64,000 bases of DNA from Bacteroidales bacterium (GCA_038249855.1 JBBSCW010000001.1:3341-67340); one strand, 5' to 3'; shown: positions 9,901-19,904, counted from the stretch's first letter. Notes: generated by a model not told the origin, from the letters alone. Numbers and translations: made by a program.

Positions 9901-10030
9901 TTATTTGTCGGCAGTAAATCCATATATGTGGTCTGTTGAAAAATACCTTGATCCCGACAACAGGAATAGCCGTGGTGGACTCATGCCTCCTACCCAAGCT
10001 TATAATATCGGCTTAAATGTAAACTTTTAA
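6986..10030 (+). CDS. susC: SusC/RagA TonB-dependent transporter (first of two)
   Basis: N-terminal extension (GEELIGVSV), plug motif LKDASATAVFGVQGANGVIIVTTKRG, GSENF, C-terminal GLNVNF. Confidence 0.96.
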   Translation: MKKIIFLSLTALFILLPVHAQQNRKVSGKVTDLKTGEELIGVSVTLKGSSKGTITDINGNYSLDIVNPAIDILTFSYIGYEATPESVKSRTIINVKLSDSNKQLSEVVVVGYGSQKKVSVIGSISSINNKTLKSMPISNLSQGLAGKLSGIQVVQSSGEIGSDDASILVRGRGTWGNSSPIYVVDGIIRAEFSKIDPNEVESINVLKDASATAVFGVQGANGVIIVTTKRGTLGKPKISVTAQNAITQLINIPQPLGAYDATSLQYLADWGRYKPRTPTTGSTANDLMLWRTGASPYTHSDVRWVDNVMKKQSSQQQYNINISGGTKTVRYFLSGGFLNQNGFYQHDLSKYSRFNFRSNLDVDVSKNLTASLSVGTRVENLQSTNATIWSSWNIYRAAFAISGRNNPVYNPDGSYGSSGMPGRNLVKILQGEGFYRDVKTTLESSLSLNYKLDFITKGLSAKGQVSFDTQGENGRSWGKSTAEYTYNQTNNSYLIFGEDRPIWYAGVAKNNSWYKFYKEVGLNYNRTFGNHTVTGLFLANQNERINNAEVPYAYQGLVGRATYDYDKRYFAEINIGINGSENFPATKRYGTFPAFAMGWMVSNENFIAKTKLANIITSLKLRASLGWVGNDQIGNDQIGRSRFLFVPVYSNAGGYPFGTGDNNFGGIQQGAIPNYAAQWEVARKQNIGFDADFFKGLLSVNFDYFYEYRNSILTTIDAIKPDYVGAAFQPANIGEAINQGFELELKHNKRISKDFSYFINANLTYNRSKILKKADPLGLLPYQKEEGYPIGAPNMFTNLGYFTSYEEINSSPSQLAIHGGIPSNVEVIPGDLKFLDFNNDGVINADDAHRQGYSTTPDLQYGLTVGGNWKAFDFSVLLQGSTFALFPKNWEIQWAFSNNDNVFPKHNYYWAPEIANDAQFTRFYGKSWVNNERYYSGYEMGSGTYVRIKNFELGYTLPSSLTKKADISSVRFYLSAVNPYMWSVEKYLDPDNRNSRGGLMPPTQAYNIGLNVNF
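8868..8903 (+). repeat. In-frame 15-bp tandem duplication within susC (GNDQI-GNDQI-G)
   Basis: TTGGAAATGATCAGA x2 plus TTGGAA. Confidence 0.85.
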
Positions 10031-10042
10031 ATTCAATACATT

Positions 10043-11746
10043 ATGAAGATTATTAAATATATTATCCTTTTTTTGGTGTTCGGCCTAACGGCCTGCAGCG
10101 ATTTTTTGGAGCGCACACCGGGTGTAAACCTTGATGAAGATAAAGTTTTCACAAACTATGTAAATGCACAGGCATTTCAAGCGGATATTTACAGTGGATT
10201 AACAAACCGATTCAATACGTTGGGAGGTTATCTACCTCCACCCTTGGCTTCTGCATCCGATGAATCGGATTCAGACGGTGCTGGGCCATTTTACAGGGGA
10301 ATTTATAATGGAACAGATGCCAATATTAATTTTTATTATTCGAATATACGAAAGGCTAATTTGTTTCTTAAAAATGCAGAAAGAATTCCTTTTCCTAATA
10401 CGAGAACGAAAGAAAAGATGCTTGGTGAAGTCTATTTTCTAAGGGCATTTTATTACGTCGAAATGTTGAAACGATTTGGTGGAATGCCTATTCTGAAAGA
10501 AACAGATTTGTTTGTTCCAGGTGATGACTTGATGCGACCACGTGATTCATATCGCGATTGTTTCAAGTTTATAATTAGCGATTTAGCGAAAGCTATAGAT
10601 TATTTACCTGTTTCACTACCTACTAATGAATATGGTCGTGTTACTAAAGGAGCTGCCATGGCATTAAAGGCTAGAGTGCTTTTATATGCTGCCAGTCCAT
10701 TGTTTAGTAACAAAACCGGGCTTTGGGGTGTGGATGGTACAGTTGACAATTGGATGGATAATGATGGCAAGACCTGGTGGTTAAAAGCTGCTGAAGCTGC
10801 AAAAGCTGTGATAGATTTAAAAGATGCTGATGGAAATCCTGTTTACGAATTATACCATACAAATGCCGCAAATAGAGCTGATGATTATGAGAAACTCTTT
10901 TTTAAAAGAAGAGAACATGGTAATAAGGAAGTGATATTTTACAGGCATGCTGCACCGGTAGGCTTTGGAAGTAATGAAATTAATGTATGGATGCCAAACG
11001 GCGATTTTGGTGGAGCTGGTCAAGTAAGGCCAACCGTAAAATTCGTGAAGCTCTTTGAAATGTCCAATGGAAAATATGTAGATGAGCCAGGGTCTGGTTA
11101 TGATCCGTTAAATCCTTATTTAAACAGGGATCCTCGGTTCTATAAAATCATTATTTATCAGGGTAGTGTTTGGCAAGGTGTTACAATAGATATGTCAACT
11201 ACAACGGCTCAATTTCCTGCAGGCACATTTCTTACCGGATATTTTGTTCGTAAATATTTACCCGAGGAGATTAAAAAGAATACAACAACGACTGCTTATC
11301 ATAATTGGATTTTTTTCCGTTTGGCTGAAATGTATCTAAATTATGCTGAAGCAATGAATGAAGTAGAAGGTCCGACACAACAAGTACGGGATGCTATTAA
11401 CACTGTTAGAGCCCGTTCAGGAGTTGTTGATATACCTGTTGCTCTAACCGGCGATAAGAAAGCGATGCGACTCCGTATTCAAAATGAACGCGCCATTGAA
11501 CTTTGTTTTGAAGAACATCGTTGGTGGGATGCCCGTAGATGGAGTACAGGTGAACAAGGTGAACTAGCAACTAAATTATTTGGAGGTGCAATGTCAAAAT
11601 TGGTAATAACGAAAATGGGAAGTAATGTAACATACAGTGAGGAAAATTATTTTACGCGTCTTTTTCAGCCTGCAAATAATTTTTACCAGATACCAGTGGG
11701 CGAAATGTACAAAAATCCTTTATTTGTACAAAACCCAGGTTATTAA
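10043..11746 (+). CDS. susD: SusD/RagB lipoprotein
   Basis: Lipobox LTAC-SDFL; GEVYFLRAFYY, RDPRF, RLAEMYLNYAEA, ERAIELCFEEHRWWD, QNPGY. Confidence 0.96.
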   Translation: MKIIKYIILFLVFGLTACSDFLERTPGVNLDEDKVFTNYVNAQAFQADIYSGLTNRFNTLGGYLPPPLASASDESDSDGAGPFYRGIYNGTDANINFYYSNIRKANLFLKNAERIPFPNTRTKEKMLGEVYFLRAFYYVEMLKRFGGMPILKETDLFVPGDDLMRPRDSYRDCFKFIISDLAKAIDYLPVSLPTNEYGRVTKGAAMALKARVLLYAASPLFSNKTGLWGVDGTVDNWMDNDGKTWWLKAAEAAKAVIDLKDADGNPVYELYHTNAANRADDYEKLFFKRREHGNKEVIFYRHAAPVGFGSNEINVWMPNGDFGGAGQVRPTVKFVKLFEMSNGKYVDEPGSGYDPLNPYLNRDPRFYKIIIYQGSVWQGVTIDMSTTTAQFPAGTFLTGYFVRKYLPEEIKKNTTTTAYHNWIFFRLAEMYLNYAEAMNEVEGPTQQVRDAINTVRARSGVVDIPVALTGDKKAMRLRIQNERAIELCFEEHRWWDARRWSTGEQGELATKLFGGAMSKLVITKMGSNVTYSEENYFTRLFQPANNFYQIPVGEMYKNPLFVQNPGY

Positions 11747-11779
11747 TACTATTAAGTCACATTTGAAAACGAATAAATT

Positions 11780-14700
11780 ATGATGACCATAAAGAAAAAA
11801 CAGGGAGTGATGCTCTTGATGCTTTGTTTCCTGTTCTCAATAGTTGCTTTTGCACAGGATAATTTTCTTATTAAAGGTAGGGTTACCGATAAATCAGGCG
11901 AACCGATTGCTAATGTAGTTGTGTCGGTACTCGATGAATTCACACAGGTATCCACAGATATAAATGGAAGTTTTTCCATTGCTACGGCTCCCGGAAAAAC
12001 GCTGTTATTCAGCAAAATAGGCTTTTTGCAACAAAAGTATGAGTTGAAAACAAAAGCCGATATTGTTATTCAGCTTGAAAAACAAAATATAGAACCAGTA
12101 TATCAGGTTGCCTATGGAGTGCGCTCTAAATCAGAACTAACATCAGCTATTTCAACAATTTCTGCTAACGATTTGTCTAAAGCACCAGTTTCAACCTTAG
12201 GAAATGCTATTCAGGGGCTTAGTTCTGGTCTTACTGTTTTACGTACCGTAGGTGCCGAACCCGGCTGGGATCAACCGAGCATTTATGTCCGTGGAACTCA
12301 GTCATATGGTGGTGGTATTGCTCCACTCGTGTTGGTTGATAATGTGGAACGTGATTTTACACAATTAGATCCTGAAGAAATTGAATCATTTACTGTATTG
12401 AAAGATGCAGCAGCTACTGCTATGTATGGTATGCGCGGGGCAAATGGTGTAATCTTGGTTACTACAAAAAAAGGATTTGTTGGAAAATCAGTAATCTCAC
12501 TTACAGCTCAATATGGCATGCAATCGCCAACACGTCTACCTCAGTATGCAGGCTCGAAAGAATATGTAGGATACCGTAATCTTGCTCTGCGCAATGATTA
12601 TAATAAATTGTCTGATAGTGAATTTAATTCATTATTTTTGAGTAACCCAAAGAATAATCCTGCAAATTATGATGGAGCTAACCCTTATCTTTACCCGAAT
12701 ACTGATTGGTATGGATCAAATTTAAATAAAACAGCTCCACAGCAATCCTACAAACTATCTTTTCGAGGTGGTACGGAAGTTGCACAGTATTATGTTATGT
12801 TAGGAGTTGTCGATCAGAAAGGTTTATATAATTATACCGAAGAAAATCCAAAATACTCAACGCAAAATGACTTTTCGAGGTATAACTTCAGAACTGTTAT
12901 TGATGTAAATCTTAGTAAGAATTTAAAAGTAGGTGTTAATTTAGGTGGTCGCGTCGTAAATCGTCATACTCCAAGTTCAGGTGCTAGTACTATCATTACA
13001 TCACTTTCAAAGTTGCCACCCACAATGCCCATTTTTAATCAGGATAATTCAATAGCAGGTTCATCTGTTTACCAATACAATCCTTATGGAATGATATCTC
13101 AAACGGGATTTCAGGATCGTTTTTCGAGAACAGTAGAGGGGACAACTACAGCTGATTTAAAACTGGATATGATATTAAAAGGCCTTTCTGCAAACGCTCT
13201 ATTCGGTTTTGATGTTTCAAAACTTTACAGGCGCGAAAAGTCCCAAAAATATGCCGTATATAATCAAAATCAGGATGGTACCTATACAAAATTTGGAGAG
13301 AGTTCAAGTATCACATTGGATTATTCAGGCTACGACAGCAGTTTTGGCATGATGTTAAACTCTATGTTTGGTTTGGCTTACGACCGTACGTTTGGTAAAA
13401 ACCATCTAGCTACCGATCTTAAATACATGCAATCGAGTTTAGCAACCGATGGTGATAATCCGGAGTACCGCAATCAGGGTGCTTTTGGGCGTGCTACTTA
13501 TACTTTCGACAAACGATACACTGCAGAGTTTGGATTTGCATACAATGGTTCCGAAAATTTCGCAAAAGGTAAACGTTTTGGATTTTTCCCTACTATTTCT
13601 GCAGCTTGGGTGCTGTCTAATGAAGATTTCTTAAAAAACAACGATGTGATTAACTTTTTGAAATTGAGAGGATCTTATGGAAAAGTTGGTAACTCTAATA
13701 TAGGAATCGGCTATCGGTTCCCTTTTGAAGAGAAATATTACAATGGAAATGGATATTATTTTGGAACAGCAGGTACCGATGGATCATACGAGGGACGTAT
13801 TGCTAATCCTGATATAACATGGGAAGAATCGTTAAATGGAAATGTCGGTTTGGAAGTTGGCTTACTTAAAACGTTGGAAATGGATGTTGATGTATTCAGC
13901 AACAACCGGAATCAGATTATAACCGGCCGTTGGAATTCACTTCCAAGTTTTATTGGGCAGGACTTGCCATACGTCAACAGTGGTTCGGTTCTTAGCCAGG
14001 GTTTTGAGGTATCATTGAAACACAGTAAGCGCATTAGCGATTTCTCATATACTATACAAGGGAATGTGTCTTTTACTAAAAATAAAGTGACATCTATGGT
14101 AGAAGTTGCTGGAATGAATTCATGGGAATATCGTACCGGACAAGCAGTTATGCAACAATGGGGTTTACAGGTGAGTGATGAGAAATTTTTTAAGGATCAA
14201 AGTGATATTGATGCTTCCCCGAAATCTTCTTACGGATCAGTACAACCTGGAGATGTGAAATATGTTGACCAGAATGGAGATAAGGTAATTGATAGTCAGG
14301 ATTTTGTTCCACTTGGTAATACCTCTGTTCCCGAATGGAATTTTGGACTAACGCTGGGTTGTGAATATAAAGGTTTTGATTTCAATGTTTTATTTACTGG
14401 TATTGCAAACCGAAGTCTGTTTATTTCCAACAATGTACTCTGGGGAATGCAGGACAACAATAAAATAACTGCTGAAGTGGCTGAGAATTCCTGGGGTGTG
14501 AGTTCAACTCCTCAGTATCCGCGTTTAACGAATCAAGTGAATCTGAATAACTATCAGCGGTCTTCATTATGGTTGAAGAATATGGATTTTTTGCGTATTC
14601 AAACACTGGAAATTGGATATAGTTTGCCAAAAAAGATGTTGAGTAAAGCAAACATCAGCGAAGTACGATTTTTTGTGAATGGATATAATTTATTTTCATT

Positions 14701-14806
14701 TGATAGCATGAGCAAATACAACCTAAGTGCCGAAATTCCAAATGCAGGTGTAACACTGTATCCCGAAACAAGAGTGATTAATATTGGCACGAGCCTTAAA
14801 TTTTAA
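11780..14806 (+). CDS. susC: SusC/RagA TonB-dependent transporter (second)
   Basis: LKDAAATAMYGMRGANGVILVTTKKG, GSENF, PGDVKYVDQNGD, C-terminal F. Confidence 0.96.
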   Translation: MMTIKKKQGVMLLMLCFLFSIVAFAQDNFLIKGRVTDKSGEPIANVVVSVLDEFTQVSTDINGSFSIATAPGKTLLFSKIGFLQQKYELKTKADIVIQLEKQNIEPVYQVAYGVRSKSELTSAISTISANDLSKAPVSTLGNAIQGLSSGLTVLRTVGAEPGWDQPSIYVRGTQSYGGGIAPLVLVDNVERDFTQLDPEEIESFTVLKDAAATAMYGMRGANGVILVTTKKGFVGKSVISLTAQYGMQSPTRLPQYAGSKEYVGYRNLALRNDYNKLSDSEFNSLFLSNPKNNPANYDGANPYLYPNTDWYGSNLNKTAPQQSYKLSFRGGTEVAQYYVMLGVVDQKGLYNYTEENPKYSTQNDFSRYNFRTVIDVNLSKNLKVGVNLGGRVVNRHTPSSGASTIITSLSKLPPTMPIFNQDNSIAGSSVYQYNPYGMISQTGFQDRFSRTVEGTTTADLKLDMILKGLSANALFGFDVSKLYRREKSQKYAVYNQNQDGTYTKFGESSSITLDYSGYDSSFGMMLNSMFGLAYDRTFGKNHLATDLKYMQSSLATDGDNPEYRNQGAFGRATYTFDKRYTAEFGFAYNGSENFAKGKRFGFFPTISAAWVLSNEDFLKNNDVINFLKLRGSYGKVGNSNIGIGYRFPFEEKYYNGNGYYFGTAGTDGSYEGRIANPDITWEESLNGNVGLEVGLLKTLEMDVDVFSNNRNQIITGRWNSLPSFIGQDLPYVNSGSVLSQGFEVSLKHSKRISDFSYTIQGNVSFTKNKVTSMVEVAGMNSWEYRTGQAVMQQWGLQVSDEKFFKDQSDIDASPKSSYGSVQPGDVKYVDQNGDKVIDSQDFVPLGNTSVPEWNFGLTLGCEYKGFDFNVLFTGIANRSLFISNNVLWGMQDNNKITAEVAENSWGVSSTPQYPRLTNQVNLNNYQRSSLWLKNMDFLRIQTLEIGYSLPKKMLSKANISEVRFFVNGYNLFSFDSMSKYNLSAEIPNAGVTLYPETRVINIGTSLKF

Positions 14807-14811
14807 ATAGG

Positions 14812-16509
14812 ATGGAAAATATGAAAAAACTAATTCGAATCATAATGGCCGTCATAGCAATGTTTTCTATGCAGTCCTGTACTGATTTTCTTGATAAGGA
14901 TCCAAAAGTGGATACCAAGTTAACTTATGAACAAATTTTCTCCGATGTTCATTTTGCTCCTGGATTTCTGAACAATATCTACAATAGTGTTCCGGATGGA
15001 TATTCACGGTTTGGCGGAGCCATGTTGGCTGCTGCTTGTGATGAAGCAGTTTGTTCGAATGTAGGATCACCCATAAACTTGTTCAACAAGAGTGCTATCA
15101 ATGCAACTACTAATCCTGATGATGCATGGGATGAAATGTACAGTGGCATACGCAAGTGTAATATTTTTTTAAAAGAATTGCAACCTGATGGTATTATTAC
15201 CAAATCCAATAGCATTCCTGTAACTAAGGAGGGAGTAGCTGTTCGGAGTTATTACAAAGGCCAGGCTTTGTTTTTGAGGGCTTTTTTCCATTTTGAGTTA
15301 TTAAAGCGTTACCAAAATATTTTTTATGTAAGTAAAGTAAAAGATACTTATAATGAAGATGAATTGTTTTCAGATGTGCAGTTGCCATATAGTCAAGTAG
15401 TTGATTCAATTGTTCGGGACTGTGATTCTGCTACTATTTATATGCCTCTTGCTTACCCTGATGATAGTTATAAAGGTCGTCCCACCAGCATGACACCTAT
15501 AGCACTCAAATCACGCGTATTGCTTTATGCAGCTAGTCCTCTCAATAATACATTGAACGACAAAACTAAATGGAAACGTGCTGCTGATGCCGCCAAAGTA
15601 ATTATTGATTCAAAGAAATATGCATTGGTTTCTTTTAGCGGTGTATTTACAACATTGTATAATAACGAAATAATTTTTGCCGCCAGAGCTTACAACAGAA
15701 ACGATATAGAAAAAAACAATTATCCGGTCAGTTATCAAGGCTCGGGTTATATGAATCCTACAGAAGACCTTGTGGAAGCTTACGGTATGACTGCAAAAAC
15801 ATATAAAAATCGTAATGTTGATTATAATCCCGCTGACCCGTATAGTTTGGTTAATGCTAAGAAAAGAGAAGACAGGCTTAGATATACTGTGTATTTTAAC
15901 GCAAGTCTACTAAAAGATACGATTGTTTCCTCATTTGTAGGCGGGAAAGATGGTCTGTTTTCAGCACCAACCGCAACTAAAACTGGTTATTATATGAGTA
16001 AGTTTATTGATCCTTCACTTGATTTGGCAAAAGGAAATACCAGTCTTCGAGGATGGGTTTACATGCGTTATGCCGAAATATTATTAAACTATGCCGAGGC
16101 ACTCAATGAATATGATAATGTTGCTAACTTTACTGCAATTACGAATGCATTAGATTTATTAAGAAATAGGGCAAATCTGCGAACATTTGATACAGCTGAC
16201 AAAACCTTTTTGAAAGATCAAACCGAAATGCGGAAATATATCAAACAAGAACGTAGATTAGAGTTAGCATTTGAAGAACATCGTTTTTGGGATTTACGTC
16301 GTTGGAACGATGCAATAACAGTGCTTAATCAACCTGTAAAAGGCATGCGTATAACTAAAGATGCAGCGGGGAATTATGCTTACACCGTTTTTGATGCTGA
16401 CTCAAGGGTCTTTGAAAGTAAAATGAATTGGTATCCGATTCCTCGTAAAGAAATCCTTAAATATAGAAATGCCGGAAAAACAATTATTCAAAATCCGGGT
16501 TGGGAGTAA
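14812..16509 (+). CDS. susD: SusD/RagB lipoprotein (second; start may be 14821)
   Basis: Lipobox MQSC-TDFL; RYAEILLNYAEA, ERRLELAFEEHRFWDLRRW, QNPGW. Confidence 0.96.
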   Translation: MENMKKLIRIIMAVIAMFSMQSCTDFLDKDPKVDTKLTYEQIFSDVHFAPGFLNNIYNSVPDGYSRFGGAMLAAACDEAVCSNVGSPINLFNKSAINATTNPDDAWDEMYSGIRKCNIFLKELQPDGIITKSNSIPVTKEGVAVRSYYKGQALFLRAFFHFELLKRYQNIFYVSKVKDTYNEDELFSDVQLPYSQVVDSIVRDCDSATIYMPLAYPDDSYKGRPTSMTPIALKSRVLLYAASPLNNTLNDKTKWKRAADAAKVIIDSKKYALVSFSGVFTTLYNNEIIFAARAYNRNDIEKNNYPVSYQGSGYMNPTEDLVEAYGMTAKTYKNRNVDYNPADPYSLVNAKKREDRLRYTVYFNASLLKDTIVSSFVGGKDGLFSAPTATKTGYYMSKFIDPSLDLAKGNTSLRGWVYMRYAEILLNYAEALNEYDNVANFTAITNALDLLRNRANLRTFDTADKTFLKDQTEMRKYIKQERRLELAFEEHRFWDLRRWNDAITVLNQPVKGMRITKDAAGNYAYTVFDADSRVFESKMNWYPIPRKEILKYRNAGKTIIQNPGWE

Positions 16510-16546
16510 TACAAAATTATTAATGCTTCAACTAAATAGAAAAAAG

Positions 16547-17110
16547 ATGAAAAGAATTTTAAATATGGCCATCCTTGTAATTTCATTCGCAATGGTGTCT
16601 TGTGAAACATCAGAAGATATAAGCAATAGACTGGATCACCAACTTCCAGATTGTAAGACAGTAACGCTTACAGCAAACGGCCAAACAAAAGTGATTGATG
16701 ACAATATTGTAACAAAGCTTTTGTGGGGAATTGTACCTCAAACAAATATGGAGGTGATTTCTCAACCAACAGTAACCGCATCAAAAGGATCAGTAATTGA
16801 TGTAAGTGTTGTGATTAGCGATAATGTAGGTATTAAAACTGCTGAAATGAGTTATGCTAACTGGCTTTTTTCTAAGTACATAAACTTTTCAAATCCTGAA
16901 GGTGATATTCCGCTGAAACCCTTAACGTATACATTTACAGCTCAGATTACTGTGCCTGCAACCGCCATTTCAACACCTTGGCTTGAAGATTATTATTATC
17001 ATGATGGTTCATCATTGAAAGTAACACAAGCTTATCATAAAATAGAATTTACAGTGATTGATGTGAATATGAATAAAAGGATAATTCCAATATTTGTAAA
17101 AGTGCAATAA
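16547..17110 (+). CDS. Lipoprotein in SusE position, candidate surface glycan-binding or accessory protein
   Basis: Restarting at MKRILNM (16547) gives lipobox MVSC-ETSED; Ig-like beta-rich body; directly follows susD. Confidence 0.7.
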   Translation: MKRILNMAILVISFAMVSCETSEDISNRLDHQLPDCKTVTLTANGQTKVIDDNIVTKLLWGIVPQTNMEVISQPTVTASKGSVIDVSVVISDNVGIKTAEMSYANWLFSKYINFSNPEGDIPLKPLTYTFTAQITVPATAISTPWLEDYYYHDGSSLKVTQAYHKIEFTVIDVNMNKRIIPIFVKVQ

Positions 17111-17142
17111 TATATAAATTTGTGTTGTTTAGTTTTGAAAGT

Positions 17143-17190
17143 AGAATAAAAGTAATCAGTATAAATTCCTGATACTTTTATTCTTTTTTA
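17143..17190 (+). terminator. Intrinsic terminator-like hairpin ending the susCD operon
   Basis: AGAATAAAAGTA-ATCAG...CTGAT-ACTTTTATTCT followed by a T-run. Confidence 0.65.
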
Positions 17191-17244
17191 GTTAATGGGT
17201 TTATACCAATTCAACTATATACAGCTAATAGTAATTTTAAGGTA

Positions 17245-19251
17245 ATGAAAAAACAAAATTCAAAGGTCTTTAAAATAATATTTTTCCCTTTATTTCTTTT
17301 GTTGGGAATTAATATTTCATCTAATGCAAAAATCAAGTTGGCAAGCATTTTTACAGATAATATGGTTTTGCAACAAAATACCGATGCGCCCTTATGGGGA
17401 AATGCTTCGCCGGAAAAATTAGTTACAGTTACAACCTCATGGGACAACAAGTTTTATCAGTTAACTTCTAAGAAAGATGGTAGCTGGAACATAAAAGTTA
17501 AAACTCCTGAAGCTGGATTTAAGCCTTATACAATAACTTTTTCGGATGGAAATCTGATTCAATTGAAAAACGTTTTGATTGGTGAGGTCTGGATTTGTTC
17601 CGGTCAATCAAACATGGAGTTGCCTTTGGCAAGTTGGGGAAAAATAAACAATTACGAAGAAGAAATTGCGAATGCTAATTATCCAAATATTCGATTGCTA
17701 CACATTTCGAAAATTACCAGTACGATTCCACTAGATGAAGTAAAAATTGAGAATGTTGGTTGGATTGAATGTTCACCTGTTTCCATACCGAATTTTTCAT
17801 CGGTTGCCTATTTCTTTGGACGGGATTTGCTCAAATCTCTTAATCTACCTATAGGATTAATTAATGTATCGTGGGGAGGAACAATTGCTGAAGCATGGAC
17901 AAGCAAAGCATCGCTTGTGACTATGCCCGATTTTATGAATTCAATTCCAAAAGAGGAAAATTTAGGTATTGTAAATGAGGAAAAGGATTATAAACTTAAG
18001 TTTGATGAATGGGAAAGAAAATTATTGGAAGTTGACAAAGGATATAAATCAGGCATTCCAGTTTGGAATTCTATAAAATTCGATGATAGTTCTTGGAAAG
18101 CAATGTATTTACCCGGAATCTGGGAAGAAAAAGGTTTGCCAGACTTTGATGGAATAGTTTGGTTTCGCAAAATTATTACTATACCCAAAGCATGGAATGG
18201 TAAAGAGTTGAAAATTAGTCTTGGTGAAATAGATGATAATGATGTTACTTTTTTCAATGGAGTTCAAATAGGGGCAACTGTTGGTTGGAATGTAACTCGA
18301 ACTTATACAGTTCCAGCAAAATTAGTAAAAACTGGAAATGCAGTTATTACAGTTAAAGTTATAGATGCCAGAAATAACGGTGGAATTTATGGTGAAGCTA
18401 AAAATTTATATGCCTCTTCTGTTGATAAAACAAAACTAAGTCTGACAGGTGATTGGAAGTATAATATTGGTGCAGACATAAAAGATCTTCCAGTAGAGCC
18501 AAAATCGGAATTTAATAATCTTAACCGTCCAACTGTTTTGTTTAATGCTATGATTAAACCCTTAGTTCCGTATGCAATGCGTGGTGCAATTTGGTATCAG
18601 GGCGAGTCTAATTCAGACAGAGCGTATCAATATCGCGAACTTTTTCCGTTAATGATCCAAGATTGGAGAAAACAATGGAATACTGAATTTCCATTCTACT
18701 TTGTACAATTGGCGAATTATATGAAAGCAGATGAAGAACCAATGGAATCAGCTTGGGCTGAATTGAGAGAGGCGCAATCGAATACTCTTCATTTGGAGAA
18801 TACTGGTATGGCTGTAACGATTGATATTGGCGATGCTAAAGACATACATGCAAAAAACAAACAGGAAGTCGGTCGCCGACTTTCATTAGTAGCAAGAGCA
18901 AATACTTATGGTGAAAATATAGCATTTTCAGGTCCCATATTCAAATCGTATAAAATTGTTGGAACTAAAATTCACATTGGTTTTGAACAGACTCAAGGTG
19001 GATTGAAAACAAAAAACGATGAAACACTTAAGGGTTTTGCAATTGCAGGTGTGGATCATAAATTTTATTGGGCAAATGCAGAAATCGTAGGGGCTGAAAT
19101 AATTGTTTCTTCTCCTGAAGTTTCATTTCCTATTGCTGTACGATATGCCTGGGCTAATAATCCAGATTGTAATTTGACAAATGGGGCTGGTTTACCTGCA
19201 TCGCCTTTCAGAACTGATGATTGGGTTGGAATGACTTTTAGAAAGAAATAA
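17245..19251 (+). CDS. Sialate O-acetylesterase family (SGNH/SASA, CE20-like) carbohydrate acetylesterase
   Basis: GEVWICSGQSNM, WYQGESN, FYFVQLA, DIHAKNKQ, VRYAW...PASPFRTD; inserted galactose-binding-like domain. Confidence 0.9.
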   Translation: MKKQNSKVFKIIFFPLFLLLGINISSNAKIKLASIFTDNMVLQQNTDAPLWGNASPEKLVTVTTSWDNKFYQLTSKKDGSWNIKVKTPEAGFKPYTITFSDGNLIQLKNVLIGEVWICSGQSNMELPLASWGKINNYEEEIANANYPNIRLLHISKITSTIPLDEVKIENVGWIECSPVSIPNFSSVAYFFGRDLLKSLNLPIGLINVSWGGTIAEAWTSKASLVTMPDFMNSIPKEENLGIVNEEKDYKLKFDEWERKLLEVDKGYKSGIPVWNSIKFDDSSWKAMYLPGIWEEKGLPDFDGIVWFRKIITIPKAWNGKELKISLGEIDDNDVTFFNGVQIGATVGWNVTRTYTVPAKLVKTGNAVITVKVIDARNNGGIYGEAKNLYASSVDKTKLSLTGDWKYNIGADIKDLPVEPKSEFNNLNRPTVLFNAMIKPLVPYAMRGAIWYQGESNSDRAYQYRELFPLMIQDWRKQWNTEFPFYFVQLANYMKADEEPMESAWAELREAQSNTLHLENTGMAVTIDIGDAKDIHAKNKQEVGRRLSLVARANTYGENIAFSGPIFKSYKIVGTKIHIGFEQTQGGLKTKNDETLKGFAIAGVDHKFYWANAEIVGAEIIVSSPEVSFPIAVRYAWANNPDCNLTNGAGLPASPFRTDDWVGMTFRKK

Positions 19252-19345
19252 TTTCATCAAAAAATATTCGGCAATCAAAAATATAGTCAGAACTCGTTTA
19301 TGTCGGATAACATAATTTTTGTTTATTAAAATGTAATTTTTTATC

Positions 19346-19524
19346 ATGAAAACATTCACCCGAATTTCGTTTATTGCACCACTGAGCATTTTACCATTAT
19401 TGTCATTCTCACAACAATCGCAATAGAAAAGCCCCTATATACTCTTTATTTTAGCCGATAAGGCTATACTGATTTGAACTGTATGGGAATTATGTACTAT
19501 AAAACTCCGAATATCGATAAAATT
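19346..19524 (+). pseudogene. Sulfatase N-terminal remnant
   Basis: MKTFTRISFIAPLSILPLLSFSQQSQ*KSPYILFILAD, frameshift, GYTDLNCMGIMYYKTPNIDKI; matches the sulfatase start (compare PNIIIILTDDLGYGDTNCYG..KTPNIDQL at 58468); internal TAG at 19424. Confidence 0.75.
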
Positions 19525-19568
19525 ACTAATACAAGCTATTCAAATTTAATTATTTTAACTACAATATT

Positions 19569-19883
19569 ATGGAAAGAAAAGCATTTAAAATGTTTCTCAA
19601 ACCTGGCTTTGAGAAAGAGTATGAAAAACGTCATAATGAGATTTGGCCAGAGCTAAAAGCAGTTATTGAAGAAAGTGGTGTGTATGATTATTCAATTTTT
19701 TGGGATAAAGATACCAATATCCTGTTTGCCGTTCAGAAAGTGAAAGGCAATGGTGGTTCACAGGATTTGGGCAACAATCCAATTGTACAAAAATGGTGGG
19801 CGTATATGGCTGATATTATGGAAACAAATCCTGATAATTCGCCAGTCTGTATTGAATTAAAAGAACTTTTTTATCTTGATTAA
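19569..19883 (+). CDS. rhaM: L-rhamnose mutarotase
   Basis: 104 aa; EYEKRHNEIWPEL, YSIF, KWWAYMADIMETNPDNSPV. Confidence 0.93.
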   Translation: MERKAFKMFLKPGFEKEYEKRHNEIWPELKAVIEESGVYDYSIFWDKDTNILFAVQKVKGNGGSQDLGNNPIVQKWWAYMADIMETNPDNSPVCIELKELFYLD

Positions 19884-19904
19884 TAACTTATAAAATATAC
19901 AATT

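Noticed and set aside
16469-16546. Extended N-terminus of the post-susD protein
   Set aside because: Overlaps susD; the lipoprotein signal starts at 16547.
19474-19656. 60-aa ORF as an independent gene
   Set aside because: Its start is the frameshifted sulfatase remnant and the rest overlaps rhaM.
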